From: Candidatus Brocadiia bacterium
GTDB lineage: Bacteria > Planctomycetota > Brocadiia > SM23-32
Length of the DNA stretch: 64,000 bases
Assembly (NCBI GenBank): GCA_046538485.1
Contig: JBKHIT010000003.1
Coordinates: forward strand, 96,001-160,000
Direction: 5' to 3'
Shown here: positions 49,669 to 61,943 of the stretch, in pieces
Layout: the number at the start of each line of letters is the position of its first letter
Position numbering within the stretch: the stretch's first letter is position 1
The notes under the pieces: model-generated
Told to the model about the DNA's origin: nothing
The model's input: only the letters and a program-made list of their open reading frames with translations
Databases searched by the model: none
Translations under genes and position numbers: made by a program

Positions 49669-50343
49669 ATGTGTCCGGTACCTTCCAAGATGTGCGTGGC
49701 TGCCGATGTTGCAGCATTTCGCTGCCTGGCGGAGAAAGAACTTGAAATCCTGCTGGTGGAGCGCGGAAACGATCCTTACAAAGGAATGTGGGCTCTGCCC
49801 GGTGGTTTTGTTGAACTGGATGAAGATCTGGATGATGCCGCCAGGCGAGAACTCAAAGAGGAAACCGGTTTGGAACCCGTGGCCATTTCGCAGGTGGGAG
49901 CCTGGGGGGCTCCCGGCCGCGATCCGAGAGGCCGGACGGTTAGCGCAGTATACCTCGGCACAACTCGGGCCGGGTCTGACCAGGTCGAAGGGGCGGATGA
50001 TGCGGCAGCGGCCGGTTGGCATCCGGTAAGTTCACCGCCTGCGCTCGCTTTCGACCATGATGAAATTCTCGCAGCCTGTGTGAAAGAAATGCACAGGCTT
50101 TGTGAACGAACGCACCTTGCGCTGTCTTTTCTGCCGGACTCATTTATGCCCGGCGAACTGGCGACCGTTCTGAAGAAGCTGGGTGTGAGACACCCGGAAG
50201 ATGCGGCGGCTCGTCTGATATCCGCCGCGGAGGTTGAGCAGATGCAAGGTGAAGAGTCGGGATACGGCGTCGTTGCGGATTCTTTTCTGGAAAATCTCCG
50301 AGAACCAGTTCTGATGTTTCCTGTGGGTAATAAGAACAGGTAA
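49669..50343 (+). CDS. NUDIX hydrolase (NrtR-like N-domain, degenerate C-terminal domain)
   Basis: WALPGGFV...E...AARRELKEETGL Nudix box, RDPRGR, LAFDH; SD GGAGGG. Confidence 0.88.
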   Translation: MCPVPSKMCVAADVAAFRCLAEKELEILLVERGNDPYKGMWALPGGFVELDEDLDDAARRELKEETGLEPVAISQVGAWGAPGRDPRGRTVSAVYLGTTRAGSDQVEGADDAAAAGWHPVSSPPALAFDHDEILAACVKEMHRLCERTHLALSFLPDSFMPGELATVLKKLGVRHPEDAAARLISAAEVEQMQGEESGYGVVADSFLENLREPVLMFPVGNKNR

Positions 50344-50345
50344 AA

Positions 50346-51185
50346 ATGATGCACTTTACTAAGATGCATGGGATTGGGAACGATTATGTCTTTGTGAACG
50401 CCTTTGAACAGTCGATCGAGGATCCGCCGGATCTCGCCAGGAAAATGGCGCGCCGACATTTTGGGATCGGATCCGACGGCCTGATTCTGATTGGACCATC
50501 CGAAAAAGCCGATGTTGAGATGAGGATTTTTAATGCCGACGGCAGCGAAGCCGAAATGTGCGGCAACGGTATCCGATGCGTTGGGAAATACGTCTACGAT
50601 CGAGGTGTTTGCGAAAAAGAAACCTTTCGGGTGGAGACAAAAGCCGGTGTCCGTACGATCGAGCTTCTAACTGAGAATGGGCGAGCCGTTGGCGCAACCG
50701 TCAATATGGGCGAGCCAGGCCTCACCAGAGCGGAAATACCGATGAGCGGTTCGCCCGACGAACGTGCTGTCGATATCGACCTGCTGGTGGGGGACCGGAG
50801 ACTCGAAGTGACGTGCGTTTCGATGGGAAATCCGCACTGCATCGTGCCAGTGGAACAGATCGAGGGCTATCCCTGGAAAGAGCTTGGACCGACGGTTGAA
50901 AACCATGAGGTCTTTCCAGAAAGGACCAACGTCCATTTCGTTCAAACGGAATCGCCGGGCGAAGTGACGATGGCGACGTGGGAGCGGGGGAGTGGTGTGA
51001 CACTGGCCTGCGGCACGGGAGCTTCTGCGGTTTGCGTTGCCATGAATTTGCTCGATCAGACGGATCGGAAAATTCTGGCACATCTACCCGGAGGGGATCT
51101 TGAGCTTGTATGGTCCGCGGACGACAATTGCGTTTACATGACCGGTCCGGCGGAAGAAGTGTTCGAAGGAGAATGGCCGGAGTAG
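50346..51185 (+). CDS. dapF: Diaminopimelate epimerase
   Basis: FTKMHGIGND, NADGSEAEMCGNGIRC, SMGNPH, ERGSGVTLACGTGA. Confidence 0.97.
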   Translation: MMHFTKMHGIGNDYVFVNAFEQSIEDPPDLARKMARRHFGIGSDGLILIGPSEKADVEMRIFNADGSEAEMCGNGIRCVGKYVYDRGVCEKETFRVETKAGVRTIELLTENGRAVGATVNMGEPGLTRAEIPMSGSPDERAVDIDLLVGDRRLEVTCVSMGNPHCIVPVEQIEGYPWKELGPTVENHEVFPERTNVHFVQTESPGEVTMATWERGSGVTLACGTGASAVCVAMNLLDQTDRKILAHLPGGDLELVWSADDNCVYMTGPAEEVFEGEWPE

Positions 51186-51249
51186 CCACCTGAGCAACGC
51201 GGAATGGATGCAGATATTGCCAGTTGAATGTTTGTTCGGGGGTTTTTGA

Positions 51250-52075
51250 CCTAACCGGGAGGTCTCATGCCAGCGGCACACAATAACCAGAGTTTCGGGC
51301 CAATGGGGGAACACTCACTGCACGAGCAGCTCAAAACCTGGTACTCCATCCCGGATGATCGGGCTGAAGTGCCCGTTGAAGGATATATTATCGATCTGGT
51401 TCGAGGAGGACTGCTCATCGAGATTCAGACGGGGAATTTCACGGCTTTGAAAGATAAACTCCCCGCTCTTCTGGAAGGCCATCCAGTCCGGGTTGTCTAT
51501 CCTTTATCCCGCGAAAAATGGATTGTGCATATCGGCACCGACGGTCTCACCAAACTTAATCGTCGGAAATCCCCCAAACACCAGTCATTGATCGATATCT
51601 TTTGGGAGCTGGTGAGTATCCCCGAACTGATGATGGATCCCGGTTTTATCCTCGAAGTTATTGTCATTCAGGAAGAAGCTATCCGCCGGCAGGTGAAGAC
51701 GAATTCCTCGCGCAAGCGGCGCAAATTTATACCTTTCGACAGACGCCTGCTTTCGGTCGAAGGGCGTCGGCTTTATGAAAAGCCCGCTGATCTAAAATCT
51801 TTTATACCTGACCGGCTCGAACGGCCTTTCACGAACGCGCAGCTGGCCAGAGCCATCGGCCGGCGACGAAAACTCGCCGAGAAGATAACGTACTGTTTGC
51901 GTCATATGAACGTTCTCAAAGTCGTGGGCAAAGACGGGGGAGCATATTTGCACGAAGACTGTGAACCGGGGGAAATAAGGGACGGCGTGGACGGCACTCC
52001 GGATTCGTAAGTCAGATGTGCAGAAGGTGCATTATAATAATTATTGCCTCAAATTCATGAAATATCCGGGTTAGG
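51250..52075. mobile_element. Candidate gene-carrying cassette bounded by imperfect 20 bp inverted ends
   Basis: CCTAACCGGGAGGTCTCATG (51250-69) vs reverse complement of 52056-75 CCTAACCCGGATATTTCATG (16/20); the same end motif occurs at 37451. Confidence 0.5.
51303..52010 (+). CDS. Hypothetical protein with a PD-(D/E)XK-like nuclease motif (alternative ATG 51267)
   Basis: EHSLHEQLK (E..H..K helix), EVPVEGYIIDL, IEIQT (D...ExQ), C-terminal wHTH-like segment (FTNAQLARAIG...YCL). Confidence 0.7.
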   Translation: MGEHSLHEQLKTWYSIPDDRAEVPVEGYIIDLVRGGLLIEIQTGNFTALKDKLPALLEGHPVRVVYPLSREKWIVHIGTDGLTKLNRRKSPKHQSLIDIFWELVSIPELMMDPGFILEVIVIQEEAIRRQVKTNSSRKRRKFIPFDRRLLSVEGRRLYEKPADLKSFIPDRLERPFTNAQLARAIGRRRKLAEKITYCLRHMNVLKVVGKDGGAYLHEDCEPGEIRDGVDGTPDS

Positions 52076-52196
52076 CACCCCTTACCGACAGCATTCTGAA
52101 CTCCGGGCTCTGACCGAAGGTCCAGTCTTCTGATTGAATTTGTGTGGTTCAGGTGTGTCCGCCTGCCGGTCTTGCCCCGCCGGGGGATGTTTTGCG

Positions 52197-52793
52197 CTAT
52201 AGTTTTCCTTTTGTTGAGGGCACTTCGTCCCCGGCCGATGGATCGATGGAAACAGCCTCCCTCAAGGCCCGTGCGAGAGCCTTAAAGATAGACTCTGCAA
52301 TGTGGTGGGAATTTTCACCACGTACGACGTCCAGGTGCAAAGTAAGTCCTGCGTGATTGACAAAAGCCTGGAGGAACTCATTGACGAGTTCTACGTCAAA
52401 TTCGCCGACTTTGTGGGTGGGGAACGCGACATTTGAGCTCAAGTATGCTCGACCGCTGACGTCGACCGCGACAGTTGCCAGGCTTTCCTGCATGGGCAAT
52501 CGGACGTTGGCGAAACGGCGTATGCCTGCTTTATCACCCAACGCTTCTGCCAGCGCGTTTCCGAGAACAATACCTACGTCTTCCGTTGTGTGGTGGTCAT
52601 CTACTTCCAGGTCACCCGTCGCTTTTATTTCCAAGTTGAAACGTCCATGTCGGGCGAGAAGTTCGAGCATGTGGTCAAGGAACCCGACACCGGAACTGAT
52701 ATTGGATTTTCCTTCACCATCAATGTTCAACTCCACGGATACCGTTGTTTCGCTTGTTTCTCGTTCGACCTTTGCCGTGCGCATTTTATCCAT
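52197..52793 (-). CDS. hisB: Imidazoleglycerol-phosphate dehydratase
   Basis: [39 protein letters not shown]. Confidence 0.97.
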   Translation of the reverse strand: MDKMRTAKVERETSETTVSVELNIDGEGKSNISSGVGFLDHMLELLARHGRFNLEIKATGDLEVDDHHTTEDVGIVLGNALAEALGDKAGIRRFANVRLPMQESLATVAVDVSGRAYLSSNVAFPTHKVGEFDVELVNEFLQAFVNHAGLTLHLDVVRGENSHHIAESIFKALARALREAVSIDPSAGDEVPSTKGKL

Positions 52794-52827
52794 GATATTT
52801 GCTCCTGCGCCAACGTTTGTTTGCTTT

Positions 52828-53871
52828 TCAGAGTATTGCCTTAAGAGTTTTCAGCAGAACGTCAATTTCTTTATCGGTCCCAACCGTTATACGAAGGCAA
52901 TCGTCGATTCTTGGGAGATCGAAATAACGTACCAATATTTTATTTTCAAAAAGCGCTTCGAATAGCTCTTTGCCGTTCTGGCCTTCCGGCACACGCGCCA
53001 GCACGAAGTTCGACTGTGAATCCCAGCAGAAAAATCCCAGTTCTCGAAGGTTCTCAGTGAGCCAAGCACGAGTTTTACGGATACGCGCGATGTTTTTGCC
53101 CAGCCATTTCTGGTCAGCAATTGCTGCTCGCGCACCTGCTACACCGGGAGCGCTGACGTTGTATGAATCTTTGACTTTCAGCATAGCTTCAGCCAGTGGC
53201 CGGGGCGCCACAGCATAGCCGAAACGAAGGCCGGCCAGGCTGTACGATTTGGACATGGTTCTGGTGACGACTACGTTTTCGCAGGTTTTTGTCAGCTCGA
53301 GACAGTTGTCGTCTGCAAAATCTACGTAGGCCTCATCGATTGCAAGGACGCCATTCAATTCATTGGCCAATGTCTCTACACGATCGGGTGCTATGAGCGT
53401 TCCACTTGGCGCGTTCGGGTTTGCAAGAAAAGTCAATTCGGCATCTATTCTGGCCAGATTTTCAGGCAAAGAATAATCTTCGGGAAATTCAGTGGTTTCT
53501 GTGCGGGCTCCCTGAATTTGAGCCAGGACTGGGTAGAGGCTGTAAGTCGGGCTCGGGTAAGCGATTGTCTGCCCTTCGCCGCAAAAAGTTCGCACTGCAA
53601 TGGTGAGAATATCATCAGAGCCGAATCCGCAAATGATACAGTCCGGATCGATCCCGAATACATCGCCCGCTTTTTCCCGGAATGGATCTCCAAGAGGAGG
53701 AGGATATTTCCGGATGGATTTTTCACATGCCTCTTCCATCGCCTTTAGAACGTGGGAAGAGGGTGGATAGGGGTTTTCGTTGGTGTTCAGCTTGATAAAG
53801 TCGGTATCTTTGGGCTGAAATCCGGGCGTATATCCCTGCATTGCATCAATGTTATCGCGCACGTATGACAT
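52828..53871 (-). CDS. hisC: Histidinol-phosphate aminotransferase
   Basis: [45 protein letters not shown]; adjacent to hisB. Confidence 0.96.
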   Translation of the reverse strand: MSYVRDNIDAMQGYTPGFQPKDTDFIKLNTNENPYPPSSHVLKAMEEACEKSIRKYPPPLGDPFREKAGDVFGIDPDCIICGFGSDDILTIAVRTFCGEGQTIAYPSPTYSLYPVLAQIQGARTETTEFPEDYSLPENLARIDAELTFLANPNAPSGTLIAPDRVETLANELNGVLAIDEAYVDFADDNCLELTKTCENVVVTRTMSKSYSLAGLRFGYAVAPRPLAEAMLKVKDSYNVSAPGVAGARAAIADQKWLGKNIARIRKTRAWLTENLRELGFFCWDSQSNFVLARVPEGQNGKELFEALFENKILVRYFDLPRIDDCLRITVGTDKEIDVLLKTLKAIL

Positions 53872-54000
53872 AATCCGGGCTGGTTTCTGAAACGAAAGGA
53901 AATCGAGGCGCCATTATAAACCTCTGCTGAGCGCAACTGCAACCCCTGCGCGCCGAGAATGGTGATTAACCCATCTCAATACTTTGCAGATCCGGGTTGG

Positions 54001-54023
54001 GCAGGGCTTTTCGCCCTGCTTTT
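54001..54023 (+). terminator. Terminator-like hairpin upstream of the sugar cluster
   Basis: GCAGGGC-TTTTC-GCCCTGC followed by TTTT. Confidence 0.45.
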
Positions 54024-54237
54024 GCCGAGTCTCTTGCCATCTGTGATAGACATCGGCCGATTTCCCCAGGAAGTTTTATCTCACTTAATGCAGTATATTT
54101 GTTTGAACTTTGTTTGCAAATCGTGTTTCAGCTTGAGTGCCGAGCTGGCATGGTCTATTATCCCGTCGACTGGGAAATAATAGGATCGACTTGTACTGAT
54201 AGAGCCGTATGGAGAATTTTTACCGAAAAGGGATTCT

Positions 54238-54993
54238 ATGATTAGTTTCAGCGCCAGTCCATGTAGCACCCCCAATCTGTCGCTGGAAGAAGCCCTGCGT
54301 GGGTACGAAGAAGCAGGATTTCGAGACGTCGAGCTTTTTTCCAACTGGACTGAAGCCCGTTTCGATATGGAAAGACCCTGCGGAGAATACAGGGACATTT
54401 TCAAGCAATACGGAATTCGATTATCATCACTGCATCTTTCCTATCTGACAGGTCGGCCGGAAAGCGTAGAAGAGGCCTGTCAAATGTGCCGTTGCGCCGC
54501 GGAGCTGAAATGCCGGGTTGTTATTCTGAATGCGAATTCCAAAGACAGCTACATCGAACGGGCGCCTGCGTTGTTGGACTCCATCAGCGGTTTGCCGATT
54601 ACAGCGGTTCTTACCAACCATATCAATTCGCCCATCGAGACCGTAGAAGATATGCAAGAAATCCTGAATAAAATCGCCAATCCTGCTTTGAAAACATTGC
54701 TGGAAGTCGGCCAATACCACAGCATGGGAATAAGCTGGCAAAAAGCTTATCAGAAACTGGCGGAACAGGTGGCATTGGTGCATCTGAAAGATCAGGTGGG
54801 ATCCCGGAGCGTTCGCTTCGGGGAAGGTGAAGTCGATATTGAAGGTCTGTTGCGAAGACTTGTTAAGGACAATTACGACGGGAATGTCGTTCTGGAGATG
54901 GAATTGGAAAATGATCAGGAGGGACTGGACGCCCTTGCGGAAGCTCTCGAATACGTGACAGAGGTAGTTAATCGATGTCATTCCCCAAAATAG
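54238..54993 (+). CDS. Sugar phosphate isomerase/epimerase (xylose isomerase-like TIM barrel)
   Basis: GF..VEL, TNH, EVGQYH, VHLKD, FGEGEVD, YDG.VVLEME. Confidence 0.85.
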   Translation: MISFSASPCSTPNLSLEEALRGYEEAGFRDVELFSNWTEARFDMERPCGEYRDIFKQYGIRLSSLHLSYLTGRPESVEEACQMCRCAAELKCRVVILNANSKDSYIERAPALLDSISGLPITAVLTNHINSPIETVEDMQEILNKIANPALKTLLEVGQYHSMGISWQKAYQKLAEQVALVHLKDQVGSRSVRFGEGEVDIEGLLRRLVKDNYDGNVVLEMELENDQEGLDALAEALEYVTEVVNRCHSPK

Positions 54994-55964
54994 CGGTGGT
55001 CGGAGCAGGCAACCTCTCGACGCGCCGAATTTACCCTTACCTGGCGACAGCCGGAGCCAAACTTGTGGGTGTCTGCGACCTTGATCTTGAAAAGGCGGCC
55101 CGCAACGCCGAGTTGTTCGGAGGGAAGCCGTATGACGATATGGACAAAATGCTTGATGCCGCGCAACCGGACGGAGTCATCGTTTGCGTCGGGCCGGAAG
55201 CCCACGCAGAACTCGCTCCGAAAATAATGAGACACGGGCTGCCGGTCTACACGGAAAAACCGCCGGCCGCCTGTGCGGAGGATGCTCTGAAAGTCGCCCG
55301 GGTTTCAGAAGAAACCGGCCAGTTGTGCGTGACGGCTTTCAAAAAAAGGTATAGTCGCGCCTACACCCGGGCGAAGAAATTCATCGAAGAATTTGGTCCT
55401 GAAGAGCTGGAATCGCTTTCTATCGACTATGCTTCCTCGCGTTATACCAACGAGAGCTTTCGGACATCATTTCTCCTCGATTTTTGTATCCACATGATCG
55501 ATCTTTCCGGTTATCTTTTTGGGGATGCCGAACAGGTCTTTGTATTTGCCAGAGAAAAGCATTCCTATGCTGTGTCTGTGCGGTATGCCAGCGGCGCGGT
55601 TGGTTCATTCAACTTTACCGATGGGAGATCATTCCAAATTCCCACCGAGGAAGTCGAGATTACGGCCGCGGGCGGCAATTTTATGTCAGTGCATAATTCA
55701 TCGCAGTGGCGCATTGCCCGAGATGGAGAGTGTGTGGAATACCGCGAGCCGCCGACATTCGTCTCGGGCGGCGACAGCGGAAGGGACACCGGACATCTAT
55801 CGGAATTGGAAGATTTTATCGACGCCGTTCGCACGGGCCGTAAAGAGTCAAGATCTTCCGTTCAAAATTCGTATCGGAGCATGGTTCTTTACGAAGGAAT
55901 CGTCCGCTCCTGTGAAAAGAGTGAATCCGTCAATTTGACCTATGAGGAGGTAGAAAAAGCATGA
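54975..55964 (+). CDS. Gfo/Idh/MocA family oxidoreductase
   Basis: IAVVGAG, VCD, YTEKPPA, F.KRY, DFCIHMIDL. Confidence 0.9.
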   Translation: MSFPKIAVVGAGNLSTRRIYPYLATAGAKLVGVCDLDLEKAARNAELFGGKPYDDMDKMLDAAQPDGVIVCVGPEAHAELAPKIMRHGLPVYTEKPPAACAEDALKVARVSEETGQLCVTAFKKRYSRAYTRAKKFIEEFGPEELESLSIDYASSRYTNESFRTSFLLDFCIHMIDLSGYLFGDAEQVFVFAREKHSYAVSVRYASGAVGSFNFTDGRSFQIPTEEVEITAAGGNFMSVHNSSQWRIARDGECVEYREPPTFVSGGDSGRDTGHLSELEDFIDAVRTGRKESRSSVQNSYRSMVLYEGIVRSCEKSESVNLTYEEVEKA

Positions 55965-56329
55965 AGAGCGCAGCTAAACTTGTGCGTGAAGCCGATGCCG
56001 AAACCGAAGAGCATACATGGGGCAAACTCCGCTGGTATGCCGGGAAAGATGATGAAAATTCAAGAGAGCTTGCCGTGGCTATATGCGAGATCCTGCCCGA
56101 TTGCCGCACGGATGAACATTATCACCCGGGATGTGAGGAGTTCATCTACGTGATGACGGGCGTGGTGCGGCAATATATATCCAGTGAAGAAGAGTTCATG
56201 GAAATGACGGCCGGCGATGCTGTTGTGATTCCTCCCGGCCTGAAACATCGCAGCGAAAACGTCGCCAATGAAGCTTCCGAAATGCTGGTCGTCTATTCAT
56301 CCCGCGATTGCGAAAAAATGACCGACTGA
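55961..56329 (+). CDS. Cupin domain protein
   Basis: HYHPGCEEFIYV..G and GDAVVIPPGLKH cupin motifs; ATGA overlap with the upstream stop. Confidence 0.9.
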   Translation: MKSAAKLVREADAETEEHTWGKLRWYAGKDDENSRELAVAICEILPDCRTDEHYHPGCEEFIYVMTGVVRQYISSEEEFMEMTAGDAVVIPPGLKHRSENVANEASEMLVVYSSRDCEKMTD

Positions 56330-56355
56330 CCAATTTTTGAAAAAGGTGTTCCCTG

Positions 56356-57705
56356 ATGAGTGAAGAACAGAACAAACCGAATATCCTCTATTTTTTCACC
56401 GATCAGCAACGATGGGATACTGTCGGTTGTTACGGACAACCGCTCGATGTGACCCCGAATCTGGACCGCATGGCTCAGGAAGGCGTGCGATTTGAAAACG
56501 CTTTCACCTGCCAACCTGTCTGCGGACCGGCCCGTTCCTGCATCCAGACCGGGAAATGGGCGACCGAAACCGGTTGTGTGACGAACGGGATCGCGCTCCC
56601 CCAGGACACGCGAACGATCGCCCACTGGATGTCCGACGCCGGCTACGAGGTCGCCTATATTGGAAAGTGGCATCTGGCTTCTACACGGGGAGAGTTTGAT
56701 TACCGGACCGAACCTATCCCGCTCGAAAGACGGGGAGGCTACAAGGACCACTGGCTTGCCTCCGATATCCTCGAATTCACGTCTCACGGTTACGATGGGC
56801 ATATGTTCAACGCCGATAACGAGAAAGTCGAATTCAAGGGTTACAGAGTCGATTGTTGCACAGATTTTGCGCTCGATTACTTGAAATCTCGGAAGACCGA
56901 CAAGCCTTTCTTCCTATTCCTTTCCTATATCGAGCCTCACCATCAAAACGATCATAACCGGTACGAAGGTCCCGAGGGTTCAAAAGAACGATTTGGCGAT
57001 TTCGAAGTGCCCGGCGATCTCGTGGATACCGAAGGCGATTGGCGCGAGAATTACCCGGATTATCTCGGATGCATCAATGCGCTTGACCGCAACTTTGGCC
57101 GGCTGCGCGAGGAGCTTGAAGAGCAGGGAATCGCCGATGATACCCTGATTGTCTGGACCAGCGACCACGGATCGCATTTCCGCACGCGGAACGGGGAATA
57201 CAAACGCGCATGCCACGATGCCTGCACCCATATCCCGATGGTCATATCAGGGCCCGGTTTCCGTGGCGGGAAGGTGTGCAGCGAACTGGTCAATCTGATC
57301 GATACGCCAAACACCGTAATGAAAACTGCAGGACTTGATCTGCCCGATTACATGCGGGGAGAGCCATTGCAGAGACTGGTTGCCGGAGATAGCGAAGACT
57401 GGCGGGATGAAGTTTTCATCCAGATCAGCGAAAGTCACTGCGGCCGAGCAATTCGGACACATCGCTGGAAATATTCCGTGCGCGCGCCCGGCACAGGAGG
57501 TGGGGCCCCGGGCAGTGAACTCTATGTAGAGGATTTCCTTTACGATCTGGAAGCCGATCCGCACGAACGAAATAACCTTGTCGACGATCCGGCTTACGAA
57601 AATGTGCGGGCCGAATTGCGCGAGCGCCTGATATCGCGAATGGTGGCAGCACGAGAGCAGGAGCCGGAAATTCGCCCCTCACCCGAGGAAGAAATGGAAA
57701 ATTAA
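56356..57705 (+). CDS. Cys-type sulfatase
   Basis: PNILYFFTDQQRWD, CGPAR (CxPxR), GKWHL, EPHHQN, SDHG, LYDLEADPHERNNL. Confidence 0.93.
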   Translation: MSEEQNKPNILYFFTDQQRWDTVGCYGQPLDVTPNLDRMAQEGVRFENAFTCQPVCGPARSCIQTGKWATETGCVTNGIALPQDTRTIAHWMSDAGYEVAYIGKWHLASTRGEFDYRTEPIPLERRGGYKDHWLASDILEFTSHGYDGHMFNADNEKVEFKGYRVDCCTDFALDYLKSRKTDKPFFLFLSYIEPHHQNDHNRYEGPEGSKERFGDFEVPGDLVDTEGDWRENYPDYLGCINALDRNFGRLREELEEQGIADDTLIVWTSDHGSHFRTRNGEYKRACHDACTHIPMVISGPGFRGGKVCSELVNLIDTPNTVMKTAGLDLPDYMRGEPLQRLVAGDSEDWRDEVFIQISESHCGRAIRTHRWKYSVRAPGTGGGAPGSELYVEDFLYDLEADPHERNNLVDDPAYENVRAELRERLISRMVAAREQEPEIRPSPEEEMEN

Positions 57706-60798
<3,093 letters not shown>

Positions 60799-60862
60799 TG
60801 TCATTTTTCAAACCGAAAGATGACAAGCTTCCGCAACATTTTGAGGAAAGGATTCAGTCACA

Positions 60863-61942
60863 GTGGATTTGATGCCAATTGAGCGCATTCCCGATTCGGA
60901 AAAACGTATTGAGCGCCAGGATGCGTTTTGGGAAATGGAAATAATCGATCGTCCGGTGGCCAATATAACGATAGGGGAGGAGAATTCAGATTATCCACAC
61001 CCACCGCAGAAAGATTGGGATTCATTGCGAGACAGGTGGTGGGACACGGAGTATATGGCGGAAGCGAAACTTGCCAACGTGATGAATACCAGTTTCTTAG
61101 GAGATGCTCTTCCACATGCTTACCCAAACCTCGGGCCGGAAGTTTTCAGTTGTTTTTTCGGTGCGAAGATGGAATACGGCGAACGGACCAGCTGGTCTAT
61201 CCCCAATCTGGGAAACTGGGAGGATGCCGACGAGCTGGTGTTTTCTTGGGGCAACAAATACTTCCAGAAAATCGTGGAAATGACCGATGCGCTTCTGGAG
61301 GTAGGGGAGGGCAAATTCTACACCGGCCTAACCGATATCCACCCGGGCGGGGACGCCGTGGCGGCGTTCCGAGATCCCGAGCGACTGGCGCTCGATATGA
61401 TTGAGTATCAGGACGAAGTAAAGGAAATGGTGGAACGGGTGACTGACACTTACCTGAAGGTTTTTGATTTTTTCTGCGACAAACTCCAGGAGGCGAAACA
61501 GGCCATAACGACGTGGGCCGGAATTGTCTCAAGCAAACGTTGGTACGTTCCAAGCAATGATTTCTCATGCATGATTTCCAGTGAGATGTTCGACGACGTC
61601 TTTCTGCCCGGAATCATCAGAGAATGTGACCATCTGGAGGCGGCGATTTACCATCTGGATGGGCCGGGCGCTTTGCAGCACCTTGACAGTCTCCTGGCGA
61701 TAGATTCTTTGAACGCCATCCAATGGGTCTACGGGGCTGGAAAAGGGCCCGCATCCAACTGGCTTGACGTTTACAAGAAATGCCAGGACGCCGGCAAAGG
61801 CCTTCAGATTACACTCAACACCGATGAGCTGGATCTTTTCATGGAGGAACTCTCCCCGGAAGGGCTCTGGTTGAGAATCGGTGGGATTCACGATAGCGAG
61901 CACGCGGATCGAGTTCTCGAACAACTGAAAAACTGGACCTGA
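60863..61942 (+). CDS. Uroporphyrinogen decarboxylase-fold / MtaA-CmuA-like protein
   Basis: FW..EIIDRP, PNLGP, DFSCMISSEMFDDVFLP, YHLDGPGA..HLD.LL, AIQWVYGAG. Confidence 0.75.
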   Translation: MDLMPIERIPDSEKRIERQDAFWEMEIIDRPVANITIGEENSDYPHPPQKDWDSLRDRWWDTEYMAEAKLANVMNTSFLGDALPHAYPNLGPEVFSCFFGAKMEYGERTSWSIPNLGNWEDADELVFSWGNKYFQKIVEMTDALLEVGEGKFYTGLTDIHPGGDAVAAFRDPERLALDMIEYQDEVKEMVERVTDTYLKVFDFFCDKLQEAKQAITTWAGIVSSKRWYVPSNDFSCMISSEMFDDVFLPGIIRECDHLEAAIYHLDGPGALQHLDSLLAIDSLNAIQWVYGAGKGPASNWLDVYKKCQDAGKGLQITLNTDELDLFMEELSPEGLWLRIGGIHDSEHADRVLEQLKNWT

Positions 61943-61943
61943 T

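Noticed and set aside
52026..52054. dif-like site (GGTGCATTATAATAATTATTG...)
   Set aside because: The XerD arm does not match TTATGTTAAAT; probably just AT-rich intergenic sequence.
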